Both the position numbers and the translations under genes were made by a program. This document shows, piece after piece, positions 37,361 to 48,718 of a stretch of 61,667 bases of DNA (positions are counted from its first letter, which is position 1; each line of letters begins with the position of its first letter). Where the stretch lies: assembly GCA_013115145.1 (NCBI GenBank), contig JAAPAO010000151.1, positions 1-61,667 of the forward strand. The letters are read 5' to 3'. The notes beneath the pieces are model-generated. The model was not told the origin of the DNA and searched no databases. It was given only the letters and a program-made list of their open reading frames with translations. Source of the stretch: Perkinsus chesapeaki ATCC PRA-425. Its lineage: Eukaryota; Protista; Perkinsozoa.

Positions 37361-37671
37361 TGTTATTCATTGTGCGCCGCTCGCTCCCTTGTACATGCGT
37401 GCACAGCTAAATCCCCCTGCGAATGTAAGCTGAATAAGAAGAAGCCTTTGTAGACTCCCTTCTCGCCTTGTGTTCGTCCATATGAACGAAGAACAAGCAA
37501 CAAGTCATTTCTCTATTCGGAGGGGAAAGTGTTATTCATTGTGCGCCGCTCGCTCCCTTGTACATGCGCGCACAGCTAAATCCCCCTGCGAATGTAAGCT
37601 GAATAAGAAGAAGCCTTTGTAGACTCCCTTCTCGCCTTGTGTTCGTCCATATGAACGAAGAACAAGCAACA
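37361..37671. repeat. Near-perfect direct duplication of ~142 bp (period 169)
   Basis: TGTTATTCATTGTGCGCC...GAACAAGCAACA at 37361-37502 and 37530-37671, one substitution seen. Confidence 0.95.
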
Positions 37672-39093
37672 CTGTCACAGCAGAAATACGATACATATTC
37701 GGTATTGCTGGCTTGAAATTGTGTCTGGCTAGTAGCCAGTGGATACTATACAGTCGTTTAGCGACCTGGCTAAGGCTCAGGGTTTAGGACAGCTTAAGGT
37801 GTCTCAAGATCATGCTTCGCCAGACAAAAATTTCACCGTGAAAAAGTCATGGCGATGAGTTGTTCAGCAATCATACAAGTAATCGTTAAGTTATCCCGTG
37901 CATTCTACTGACGCAGCTCGTCGATGGAGGACGTCATAAACTCATAATGACTGAGTGAGCAGAGCAGGTTACCTGCCGCACGCAGATACAGAGAAGAAAC
38001 TGCCTAAACGATATTATCTCATTGAGATAGGAAGTCTGTACTACTGGTCCAGTGGACCAGGTCCATAGAGTATGGTGACTTCCTATCTGATTTAGATTGG
38101 TGATATGGTTGACAATGTGAGTTTTGTAGTGGGCAATAGCTGAACCAGCATAATCGCTACTATGCTGGGATGAGCTGTCAAGTCCAAGTGAGCCGTCTAC
38201 TAGAAGTGGGAAGTATCCGACCCGTAAATGAAACCTTGCCCACATTAGCGCAGAGGAGTGTAGCAAATATACAAACGCTACGCATTCGGATGGATAGGCT
38301 ATCTAAGCCTTCTTCGGCGTTGGCCTATAAACTCACAAACACGCGTTCCTTTCATTACTTGTATTTACTATATTACTTATATTTATTACGCGTTACTTTT
38401 CCATCCCTCAGACAGTGAGGGATGAACCGTGCTAAAACAATTAGATTGTTCACATGTTAAAACATGTCACCGCTGTCGGGCATGTTGTAACAATTTGTTA
38501 CGACATGCTGCCTGTTTCCGAGTGCTAGTAGACCGCGCTTCCACGGCTTGCGAAATGGAGCAGGAACTGTGCTGCACGGTGCTCCACGCTTGCACTCGAT
38601 GTGATCTAAGCGCATGAGTTGTGCTGTAGAGGTGCCATGCTTGTAGGATATGAGCTCCTATATGATATCACGACTGTCACATAAAAGCTTAGAAGCGGAA
38701 AGCGGACCATGCCTTATGCGAAAACCTGGTTTTCAACGTGGCGCAGTGAGTCACTCAGTCTGAGCATGATGGAGCCGTCATGTTGTGAGGGACTCCCTGA
38801 GGGAGTCTCCCTCATTTTGACGCACCGGGTTCGAGGAGTAAAGCCACGAGTGGGTAACAAAGGCAAAGTATACGACCATGTTGGCAAGATAGGGAGAGGG
38901 TCTGCTTTGTTCGGCAGGGGACGTCCGAGTTAAAAATACAGATCGAGAAAGAGGTAGACAAGGATTTGCTCTTACAACTTGCACAACGGAGCGAGTGGCG
39001 CTTAGTGTGCTATACGGTCACTGGGGTTTGCCACGTATCCAACTAGTAAGGTTCATCATTATTATCCTTCCTTCAGCTCACTTGCAAGGAATT

Positions 39094-39555
39094 ATGTCAG
39101 TGCCTTTGCTGAGGACTCGGTCGTCTCGATGGATAGTGGCCGCGACTTTGCTCATTTGCATTATTGGCTCGCTATTGGCCTTTATCGTTGCCTACCTACC
39201 AAGCAGGGTATCTAGGATCATCCTGGTGACCTTCACTTTAATCGTCCCCCAGCTATTTCTCGCACTTTCGTCATTTTGGAGGAGCTATCGTTCGATAGAC
39301 CCTTTAGGGTCTGACTGTATGGATGAACACATCATATCCACCACGGTTATCTCTCTCAGTGACCAGAAAATAACTCTTAATCCAACGTGCGCCATCTGTC
39401 TCGCTGATTTCGAGCTGAACGGGGGAGTGGCCGAACTTCCCTGTGGCCATTTATTCCACAGTCAATGCTTTGATGCTTACATTGATAAACTGACGCCCGA
39501 AGGGAGGTATCATCAATGTCCTGTTTGTCGGTATGAGCTCGGCCCTAGACTCTAG
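39094..39555 (+). CDS. Two-TM RING-H2 protein (putative E3 ubiquitin ligase), intronless
   Basis: Two hydrophobic segments, then CAIC-x14-CGHLFHSQC-x16-CPVC (C3H2C3). ATG taken at 39094. Confidence 0.85.
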   Translation: MSVPLLRTRSSRWIVAATLLICIIGSLLAFIVAYLPSRVSRIILVTFTLIVPQLFLALSSFWRSYRSIDPLGSDCMDEHIISTTVISLSDQKITLNPTCAICLADFELNGGVAELPCGHLFHSQCFDAYIDKLTPEGRYHQCPVCRYELGPRL

Positions 39556-42500
39556 GGCCTAGAGTCCAATGTGCTCTGCTTTTAGTATCCAACTGTTGCC
39601 TATGCTGTACATTTGCCAGCTTCAAGTCGCTTATAACATCATGCAGCTTGTATTGAACTGAGCACACTACCGGGTAGTGACTACCAACACCTAAACTTTT
39701 CTTTCATTCGTTGGTCGGAGGGGTTACAACGGTTTATCGTAGTTTCAACTATGACTTAGCTATGAGTTAGACTGTAGACGAGTGCTGATACACAAGGAGA
39801 AGAACAATAACCTTGTTAAGGCTACGTATTTAATCAGGCGATGCTTTCGGAGGCGGCCGTTAGCCGACTGGCACTCAGACTGATACAATCGACGTTGAGT
39901 CGTTCATAGATTAACTCAAAGTTTGAGTCTCAAACTCTATGACAACGTAGACTAGGATGACAATGATTGTCCGAAAAACGAAATTGATTTTCCTAAGTGA
40001 GTGAAATTGAAAGTACCTCCTGGGTTCGGACGAAATGGGAAGTTCTAAGATGAAATTGAATGTTCCAAACTCGTACAAGATCTTTCTATTTCGGATTTGG
40101 ACCTTCAACGTCGCTCGCCACCACGAAATTGATGTTACCAAGGACGAACTTGAAAAGGTGTAGTATCAGACTCAAATATTTGTAGGATCTCTGATAATCA
40201 GAGATCCTACAAATATTTGCCACCCAGTGGATTACAGGGAATATCTAAACCTTAGAGTTCCAGTTGCAATAGACTTGTCTTTATAATGCTATTATGTTGG
40301 TACGAATGTAAGTTGAACTTACTAAGTTTCATATCGAAAACATTCACCCCTGGGCCTGGCTCTGGTCAAGCTTTTCTATGTTGACCGTCCTTATAGGAGT
40401 TTTCTTCTCCCTTGAAGGGAGTCCCTTCCCTTCCCATTTTTCTTCTTTTTCTAGGATATGAGGAGTGCACTCACCTCAGCTCTCTGCACTTGAATCACTC
40501 ATTTGTGTGAGTCTCACACTGTGAGATTTAACGAGAGTGCTTCGATGGCTGGGGCAGACTCTGCTCAGCAGAGTCTTGCTTTATAGGCAGCTTCGCCTCC
40601 ACCACTTCACCTTTCGCCTTCCAGTCACCCATATCTACGAATCGATACACAACACATCGCGTCTTTTCAAGTTTTAATATTCGGCACACGAAGTGTTTCG
40701 AAGTAAAATCTTGACTAATCCGCCTCTATGACGGGTTATTGTAATAGTAACTCAAAAGCTTATTCCGTCTGAGGATACAAATGGTTCGTAGGTGAGGAGG
40801 TCGATACCGTAAAAAAGCTTAGAAATTTTATACGTTTATTATGAGTTATGGACCGAGTCCACTAGCTAGACGCTAGGAATCTTAGCACACAATTGTGGGA
40901 AACAAATGGCGTGGAAAACAGCACAAAAATTGGGGACAGAAATAACGTCAGCACAGAGAAATTGTGTTGCACGACAATAACATGAATGCCGTTACCGGCA
41001 CACCTCTCGGTCACGCACGCATGCGCATCGGCGAGATGCCACGCTTCATTATAAGAACCTCATGTTGAGAGTTAGTGTCGGTAATGCATCCGAGCTTTGA
41101 TTGTCATCTTTCTTGACCCACCCTACTCCCACCCGTACTTGAAGGGGATGTCCAGCTCGTGACATGGTTGATAATATCTTATTGATATTACCTGTATCAT
41201 TCAGTCCGAGCTGTTCGCTTTCCGTGATATGAGCTCACCTTCCCATTTTCTTGAGTAGCTAGTTCGCGGTCGAACAGTCAGGATTTTACACGACGCGAAA
41301 AACAGTTCCACGCCCTAAAACGGTGAAACTATACCGTGTTAGAAAGTGCAGACGAAAACGGCGGGAAATTTACGCAGGAAACTTTCCAGGGAACTTACGC
41401 GAGATTTCCAAAAGATTCAGAAAGATTTCACTGCAACTGGACTGCGACATTTTCTCGCAATCTACTGCGAGCCTAAGTATGCTCTTCGGGGTATACAAGA
41501 TCACCACGTCTCTCGCCACACTCATGGACCATGAGTCATGTTATACAGCAAAATGCTCGCTCCGGGTAGCCCGCATCCAGAGCTAAGCTCCAAGAGTCAC
41601 TCAGCGCTCATCACTGGTTCAATCGAGTCTTGGGACCCAAGATTTGAGCCATCGTGAGTCCCGTACTCAGAACAGGTAAGATGGATGCATTCCCCTTCCA
41701 GCTTGTTCTAAGACCAATGTTCTTGGATGTTGTAGGATGCTCAGTGCATCGCTCATGTTACTGGACAAAAAGACTCGATACTCTGCATATTAACGACATG
41801 GTAGTATGATCAATTATAATTTGATCATACGTGTGTGCGCGTGTGTGTTTCTGTGTTTATAGTCCAACGCCGAAGAAGGCTTAGCTAGTCTATGAATACT
41901 ATGTGCAGCTTCCTAACAAGAGTTTAATACCTATACTGTCATTGTATGATTCACTCCTTGCGAGCTTCGGAGGCCTCGGTCACATGTTCTTCTTGCATGA
42001 TGCAAGTTGCATCCTCAGTGAGAATACGAACAGAACAGAATACGGCTGGCGCGGCTTCACGGCGTGGGTCACGGCGTACTCTCTGTAGGAGCACCCTGCG
42101 GAGGCTGATGCGAAGCCATCTAAAATTGTCCGTCCTGAGACAAGGCCTAAGCGCTTTTAATATTTATTCTCTGCCCTCCCCCACGGCGCTGTGAAAAAAA
42201 TTCTGGCACAGACATAGCAAGCAATTTACAATCAGCGACAAGACTACCGCGCCGTCTCTTTCACTTCAAAATAACAAAAACAATAAGTCGTCAAAAATGA
42301 TGAAAAATGGGGAAAACTGACAAATCTCTACTAAGGTATCTACTATATCTAATCTAGCTCATATAGACCACATACCATGGTGTGACACCATGGTTCGACT
42401 TCACACAACGGACACCATTGGTGTCCGTTATATGAAGTCGAAACTTGGTTCTATCGCCGATAGTTTCCGTTTCCGTTGGCCGTTTCGTTTCGGTCATGGC

Positions 42501-43097
42501 CGGTGTGTGGATTCTGGAGCGAGTCGTGCGAGGATACAAAAGCACCGAGGCGCGTCGACAAGATGAGCAACGTAGTATTCTTCCACGACAGGCTAATGCA
42601 AAGGTATGACTCCAAATCAGTCGCGCGAAGATTGATAGACAATGGGCCATTAGACCCAACTCTATATGGAGTTCACATAAGGAAGATAGGGATTAAGGGA
42701 GTTTCTATATTTTTTTCTCGCCGGAGCCCATGGTACAACTCCGCTGGAGATCTTGGTTTCGCTAGCCCAAGATCTGCATCTGTTTTCTAATCTTCACGAT
42801 ACAGTAACCAGTACCATAGCATCTGTGCGAGGAGGTTAAACTATGTCTAACTCTACAGTAGTAGAGTGCTCGAATTTTAGATTACTTCCGTTTCTTTCTT
42901 AGACATGGAGCGCCAAAAGTTGGAGCCGCTCCGTGGGATCCACTCGCCATATTCTCATCGGCGTGATTTGCATGCACCTTCCACAGCTACACAACACTCG
43001 AGTTACGAAGCCTTTGTTAAGTATAAGATATCTGATGTTACTTAGCCTAAATCCTCCGTCGGCTTTCAGCGTTAAGATGTGAACACAGTATATGTAT

Positions 43098-43884
43098 CAG
43101 GGTTTCCCAAATCCGCGCAGGATCTGCGCGTCTGCGCCGCAGACGAATTATTTCTTTTCGAAAAGTTTTCAACAAGAAATCTCACAAGAATTAAACAATT
43201 GAAAAAAATCGAGAAAATGATGCCCCTAAAACCGAACTTGAACGAAAACCGCACCAGAGGTGGGATTTAAGAGCAAGGCTAGGGAAATAGGTCTCGGGCA
43301 TACACTTTCCGAGCGAAAAAAATTGCAGGTGCCTTTTTTAAGCGCGGAAACGGGGTTTTGCTCATCTTTGGTGAGAACTGCCTGCCGCAGCCTGGCTGCC
43401 AGCCAGCCACCGGCAAGTAACCTGTCTGCCAACCCGCTGGGGGGGGGTTTCTGGAGGAACTATGATAACGCAGCGCGTCCGTATCGAATCAATACTATCA
43501 ACTTCCCGGGGAAGTTTTTCCCGCACGAATTGTAATTAATATAATAATTATTCTGATAATTATTATCACGACCCCTACAGCAGGGGCCCTACTGTCTAGA
43601 CTGGGTCCATAGCGCCGTAGGTGGTTCACCGACTGTCGACGACAGTCCATCATTTTCTATAAATATTGACAGCATTCTCGCCTAGAATTTCTCGGTCACG
43701 AAACAACAGGCCGTCGTCAATGACCGCAACAGCAGAGGCAGGAACAACAACGAGAACATGCAAAATTCTTGGCCCCGAATGGCGGTGAATTTTTTGTGAT
43801 TGTTGTTTGTTTCTTGTTTAATTATTTCTTTAAAACTTTCCGACATGAAATAATTACCCCGACCAATGCATTTGGGGAACCCTG
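43098..43884. mobile_element. Non-autonomous hAT-type DNA transposon (MITE), 787 bp
   Basis: 15-bp TIRs CAGGGTTTCCCAAAT / ATTTGGGGAACCCTG (14/15 match). Perfect 8-bp target duplication ATATGTAT at 43090-43097 and 43885-43892. No transposase ORF. Confidence 0.9.
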
Positions 43885-44125
43885 ATATGTATCGCATCCT
43901 CTAATTCATAGTGGAACTCAACGTCAAACCATAGTTGAAACAACGATAACAGTTGGAATATATCCGACCAACTAATAGGAGTGAAGCTTGTAACAGAGAG
44001 CTTATTATAGGATGTTCACCTCAAACTTGGAAGAGACTAAAGTTTTATTTAGAAAGAACTGACAGCAAATGTACAACAAACTCTGCTGAGCAAAGATATA
44101 AATCGGGTGCTCGAAATCGGACAGA

Positions 44126-44595
44126 CTAGACCCTAGGGCCTAGATCATACCGGCAGACAGGACATTGATGATATCTCCCTTCGGGCGTCAGTTTATCAAT
44201 GTAAGCATCAAAGCATTGACTGTGGAATAAATGGCCACAGGGAAGTTCGGCCACTCCCTCGTTCAGCTCGAAATCAGCGAGGCAAATGGCACACGTTGGA
44301 TTAAGAACCACTTTCTGGTTATTGAGAGAGATAAGAGTGGTGGGTATGACGTGCTCATCCACTCAGTCCCTTGGGCCTCTTGGGGGATTGCTTCTCCAGA
44401 GACCGATAGTAAAAAATTATCGGACATATATTATTAATTACCAATAATTAGAGAGGACACCACTAGGACAACCGTAACTGTTCTGCTTGGTAGGTCAGCA
44501 ATCGAGCAAGTGAGTAGCACTCCGATAATGTATATGAGTACATCCGACACCGCTATCCATTGAAGCGAGCGGATCCTTAGCGAAGGAACTGGCAT
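44126..44595 (-). pseudogene. Inverted paralog of the TM-RING-H2 gene, disrupted
   Basis: RING part almost identical to 39320-39555. Frame broken between the TM segment and the RING (stop/frameshift ~44440-44365). Confidence 0.7.
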
Positions 44596-45543
44596 AATTT
44601 TTTGAAACTGAGTCGACAAAAATGATAATTGTGGACCTTGATTTTGCGATATGAGACAAATCCCAGTTCGCGTATAGCGTATCAGGCGCCACTCGCTTCA
44701 TTGTGCATCATGCACAGTGTATGCGTGTACAGAGTGCACCATGTTTGCTTTAACTCGGAAACTCAACACGTTACGGAGGATAGCTAGCCATGATTAGCGA
44801 TCTAATAGAGTTATAATTCATTATGAGGCTGGTTTCCTCAGAACCTACTGTAACCGTTGCAGTACCAGGGCCTACATACTAACTGACGAGCGGGAAAAAC
44901 ATGTCACCTAGCGAACAAGTCCTGTATGATTGGGATTGTGCAAGGAAAAGTACCTCCTCCCTGCTTGATTCTGTAGATTGAGATAAATCACCTTGCTGGC
45001 TCCCTCGTAGATAGAGTCAGAGTCTAAGACTCTGTTACGTTCTGTTCATTTACTGATGGCCCCAGTGGCCCAGAAGGTTTCTCCCGTCAATGATGGGCCG
45101 TCATACCTCATTCTCGCACCCCCCCACAATTGAGATACCACGTGGTTGTCGTACTATTAGCAGATATATATCATACGAAAGTCCTCACCTGGGAGTACAG
45201 CACCTTTCAACTTTATAATGCAACTCCCCAGTTGCAGAACCCCACGTTGTACAGCAACGCTTTTACACTCGATTTGTCCAATTTAAACTAATTGTAGCGC
45301 AGGGTTGAGGTCCCTGCAGCACAACTCGTGCTCCATGCTTTGTTGACCGGGTGGAACTCCCTCCGAGGACATTCTACAATGTCAGTTCTTGGAGACAGTC
45401 GGCAGTACTGATTCAGTACATCGCTCAGAAAGGTAAGAGTTTTATTTAACAGGTTATTATTTGCAATGCCAATAAGCGTATTGGGACTTCATGGTGAACA
45501 CAAAACCATCAACTGTGGGAAGTTACCCGTCTTGCTGTAGAAT

Positions 45544-46731
45544 TCAGCGACATGAAAATCTTTTTTCGCTCAACGGCCAGCAACACACTCTGGGACGACG
45601 ACACTCATGCCTGTCTAGTAAATTCTCCCGAATTCGAGTGCCTATTCTGAACACTACCACACCAATGAACATCGCTAGCAAAGCGATCCACTCAAACCAG
45701 GGCACTTGACAGGAGCCTATAAGCGGCCAATTGATAAGAGACATAATAGCCGACAACGGCAAAGTTAATGTAACACAGAGAAATGCCAGTGTGCTTGAAG
45801 CTGTAGCTAATAAATAATATAAACTAATATTGAATAATACATTGACAACCATATAACAAGTAAAGGAATTTCTGGCGACACTGTCCATCATCAAAAGTGT
45901 CATACCCTCGGTGAGAGTGTTAACCACATTAGTATGACCGATGAAAGTTTCAATTAACAATGAAACGGGCAGGACACTCACCATCCCAATGAAATGAACC
46001 GAGCTGCTCATGAGAAAAACGTTCAAGTCTAGTTTTTCCAAACTGTGACTCCGCGCGTACGTGGTGTATTTGACAAACATGAGCTCTTTTACAACGAAGG
46101 CGCAAGCTTGAATGACCATAGCCAAGGAAAAGAGTAGGTAGCCCGACACACTATTCGAATCAGCAACTTCACCGTCAACGCACTGTAGTATAATAGATAT
46201 CACCGCCACGGATAAGACAATAACAACCGCTGAAAGCTCTTGTAATATGTAAGATGTATGCAGTATAATAACGGACCAAAGCATAGTAGCTGGTACGATA
46301 AACTGTTGTAGAAGCTTGTACATGACTATTGGCATATTCCCTTGAGTAGAAAATATTAAGAAATCCGCGGTCACTTCACACACGGCAGAAATAACTGCAA
46401 ACTTGATATTTGGAAGCCAAGTGATGAAACGAGAGATTCCAGTATGGGTAGTCTGGTTGGGTAGCAGAATCCAGACCAACTGTTCTCGGGGAACTCGACC
46501 GAATAGCGCCATAATCACACAAGAGGTGGCGTAAGTGATAAAGTAGACAATTTCACCAACACAATTGGAGACAACACCGGAATATTCTCCCAACGCAACG
46601 GCTCGTATTTTACCGGTGATGGAGTTGAACGTGCCACATAATACAACCAAAAACATAAAGAAAGGCACCAACGTCCGCAAGGATAGGTTAGTTCTGGATA
46701 GACCGTCATACGACCAGTAGAAGGACATCAA
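45544..46731 (-). CDS. CRT-like (chloroquine-resistance-transporter / DMT superfamily) multi-pass membrane protein, intronless
   Basis: 395-aa ORF with about 10 hydrophobic segments. GNMPIVMYKLLQQFIVPATMLWSVIIL..Y and VNVLFNISLY..SSTLAFL resemble CRT/CLT family motifs as recalled; not confirmed by HMM. Confidence 0.7.
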   Translation of the reverse strand: MMSFYWSYDGLSRTNLSLRTLVPFFMFLVVLCGTFNSITGKIRAVALGEYSGVVSNCVGEIVYFITYATSCVIMALFGRVPREQLVWILLPNQTTHTGISRFITWLPNIKFAVISAVCEVTADFLIFSTQGNMPIVMYKLLQQFIVPATMLWSVIILHTSYILQELSAVVIVLSVAVISIILQCVDGEVADSNSVSGYLLFSLAMVIQACAFVVKELMFVKYTTYARSHSLEKLDLNVFLMSSSVHFIGMVSVLPVSLLIETFIGHTNVVNTLTEGMTLLMMDSVARNSFTCYMVVNVLFNISLYYLLATASSTLAFLCVTLTLPLSAIMSLINWPLIGSCQVPWFEWIALLAMFIGVVVFRIGTRIRENLLDRHECRRPRVCCWPLSEKRFSCR

Positions 46732-48718
46732 ACGGCCAAAACTGCCTTGAAGAACTTTGTGCTACTTGCGATGCTGTCAGATTGAAAACTTCGCTGTACG
46801 ACTTTGGAATCCTAAGCACCCCTCGTTGATTTTCAGTGGCATCTGAGACGAATTGTGGAGCAAGGAAATTTTGAGAAAGTTTCGCGAAACTCCAGGGGAT
46901 TTTCGCTGAAGGTGGTTTAGCGACGGCCACGGATCTAACCGTCGAAGGGCAGTTTTATCAATCCACGAGGAAGTCGTTACTGACCAGGATTGACACTCGC
47001 GCGCGCGTTGCTAATGATGTTAAGATCTCGCGGGTGGAGTCATGATTGATAAGTCGCTTCGCAGTGTCAATTTGACACTACCGGTGGACGATGGCAAGTA
47101 ACACAATTCGAAGGCTTTGTACCAAGTAGTCCAGACTCTGGACTCCAGAGTAGTCACCCACTGCCTGGTAGCCCTAGCTGGCGACCAGCTCAGCTACGAG
47201 GTACGATAGCTTGAAGCCTCGGAGATAGGTAATGAAGCGTAGTCGCCAACACCCGGGTGAAAGATTCCCGCGAATCTCCTCCTCTCGCGATTCACACCGT
47301 ACGCGTGCGCACGGTGCCAATTCGCACGCCTGCGACCGACCACAACGGCAGGGGAAAGCAAAGACTTGCTGTTGGATGTGACCAAATAGAATAGATTCAC
47401 AGACATGGATGTAGGCTACATCATGTAGCAGACACACCGCTATGAAGGGTTCGAAAAGGAGAAGTACAGGAAGCTTTAACCACGATGTGCTTTGTCTTAG
47501 CTGAAGGATATGAACGCATATACAAGGGTGCAACCATTTTTCCCGCAATTGTGTGATGAGCTTATTCTCGAAAAGTTAACTGGACCATTTAATTGAATCA
47601 GAAGGGAATTCACGCGACACCTAACGTAGAAAAAAAACTATTGTTGTCATTCGAGCATACATTTGCTTTATCCCGGCAAACCGAATGAGCAGTCGAACTT
47701 CGAGGTTGGAGGTGTGACGCGGGATATGTGAGTGTCAGCAAACATCAGCAGTGCTAATTCAACACCTCTCGACCGGAGAAAGACGAGAGCAGGTTATCAG
47801 CTTCGGTAACTTAACTCATCCAGATTCTGCTCGTAATACATAAACGTATTTCGCTTGCCAGTTGGGAGCTAGGCGGCGTCATACAGGTTTCAAAGTTCAC
47901 ACACTATCGGTGAAAATCACATCACCTTGCCAGCCGTTGTGCTTTTGTGGTTGCACACAGGCCCTTGGATGCGTAAGGGAATTCTGCTAGGAGAAGTAGG
48001 ATCTCTTTTGACTAGTTAAATTCCCTTGAGTGAACCGTACAGTGGAAATAACAGTATAGGTATTAAACTGCCGTTCGGAAGTTGTACATAGTATGGATAG
48101 TCTAACTAAGCCTTCTTCGGCGTTGAACTTTAAACTCACACACATATATGAATAGCTTCACAGTACGATATACAACATATCCCCATATTGCTCGAAGTTT
48201 CCGAGTCGGACATTTATACGTTCTGTGATTGAATATATAGATTCCTCAAAAACTCTATATCTAAATCTGTGCGGGCTTTTCTTGGTCAGACTAATAAGAA
48301 CGGATGATGACGGCCAAAATGCTCATACACATGATTGAACTCTATGTTAATAAGTATAGCAACTAATAGTAGATGCACCCAGAATCGGTTATTTATCTGC
48401 GGGAAGGGTAAGGTTCGAACGTTAGGCGTCCTCAAGTGCAAGGCTGGCAGCAAACCCCTAGCATTGGTGCTTCGCCGCCGCCCGCTCCATGGAAGATGCT
48501 AATTCACCGTGCGAGAGGCTAATTGTAAGAAGTAGCCTTTATTGACTCGCCTCTCGACTTGTGTTCGAAAAACAAGCAACAGTAATTGAGTTACCCCTCT
48601 TTTCGAGGCGAAACAATGTTACTAGAAAAACTCAGAGCAACATTGATGTGAATAACAGAGAAACATTAGAAAGTGTTTAAGTGTGATTCCGACTCAGTCT
48701 TGTAACAAAATCATTTCT

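Noticed and set aside
39900-41100. LTR retrotransposon LTR + primer-binding site (minus-strand TGGTGGCGAGCG near 40115-40126)
   Set aside because: No second LTR, TSD or gag/pol motif seen; resemblance too weak.
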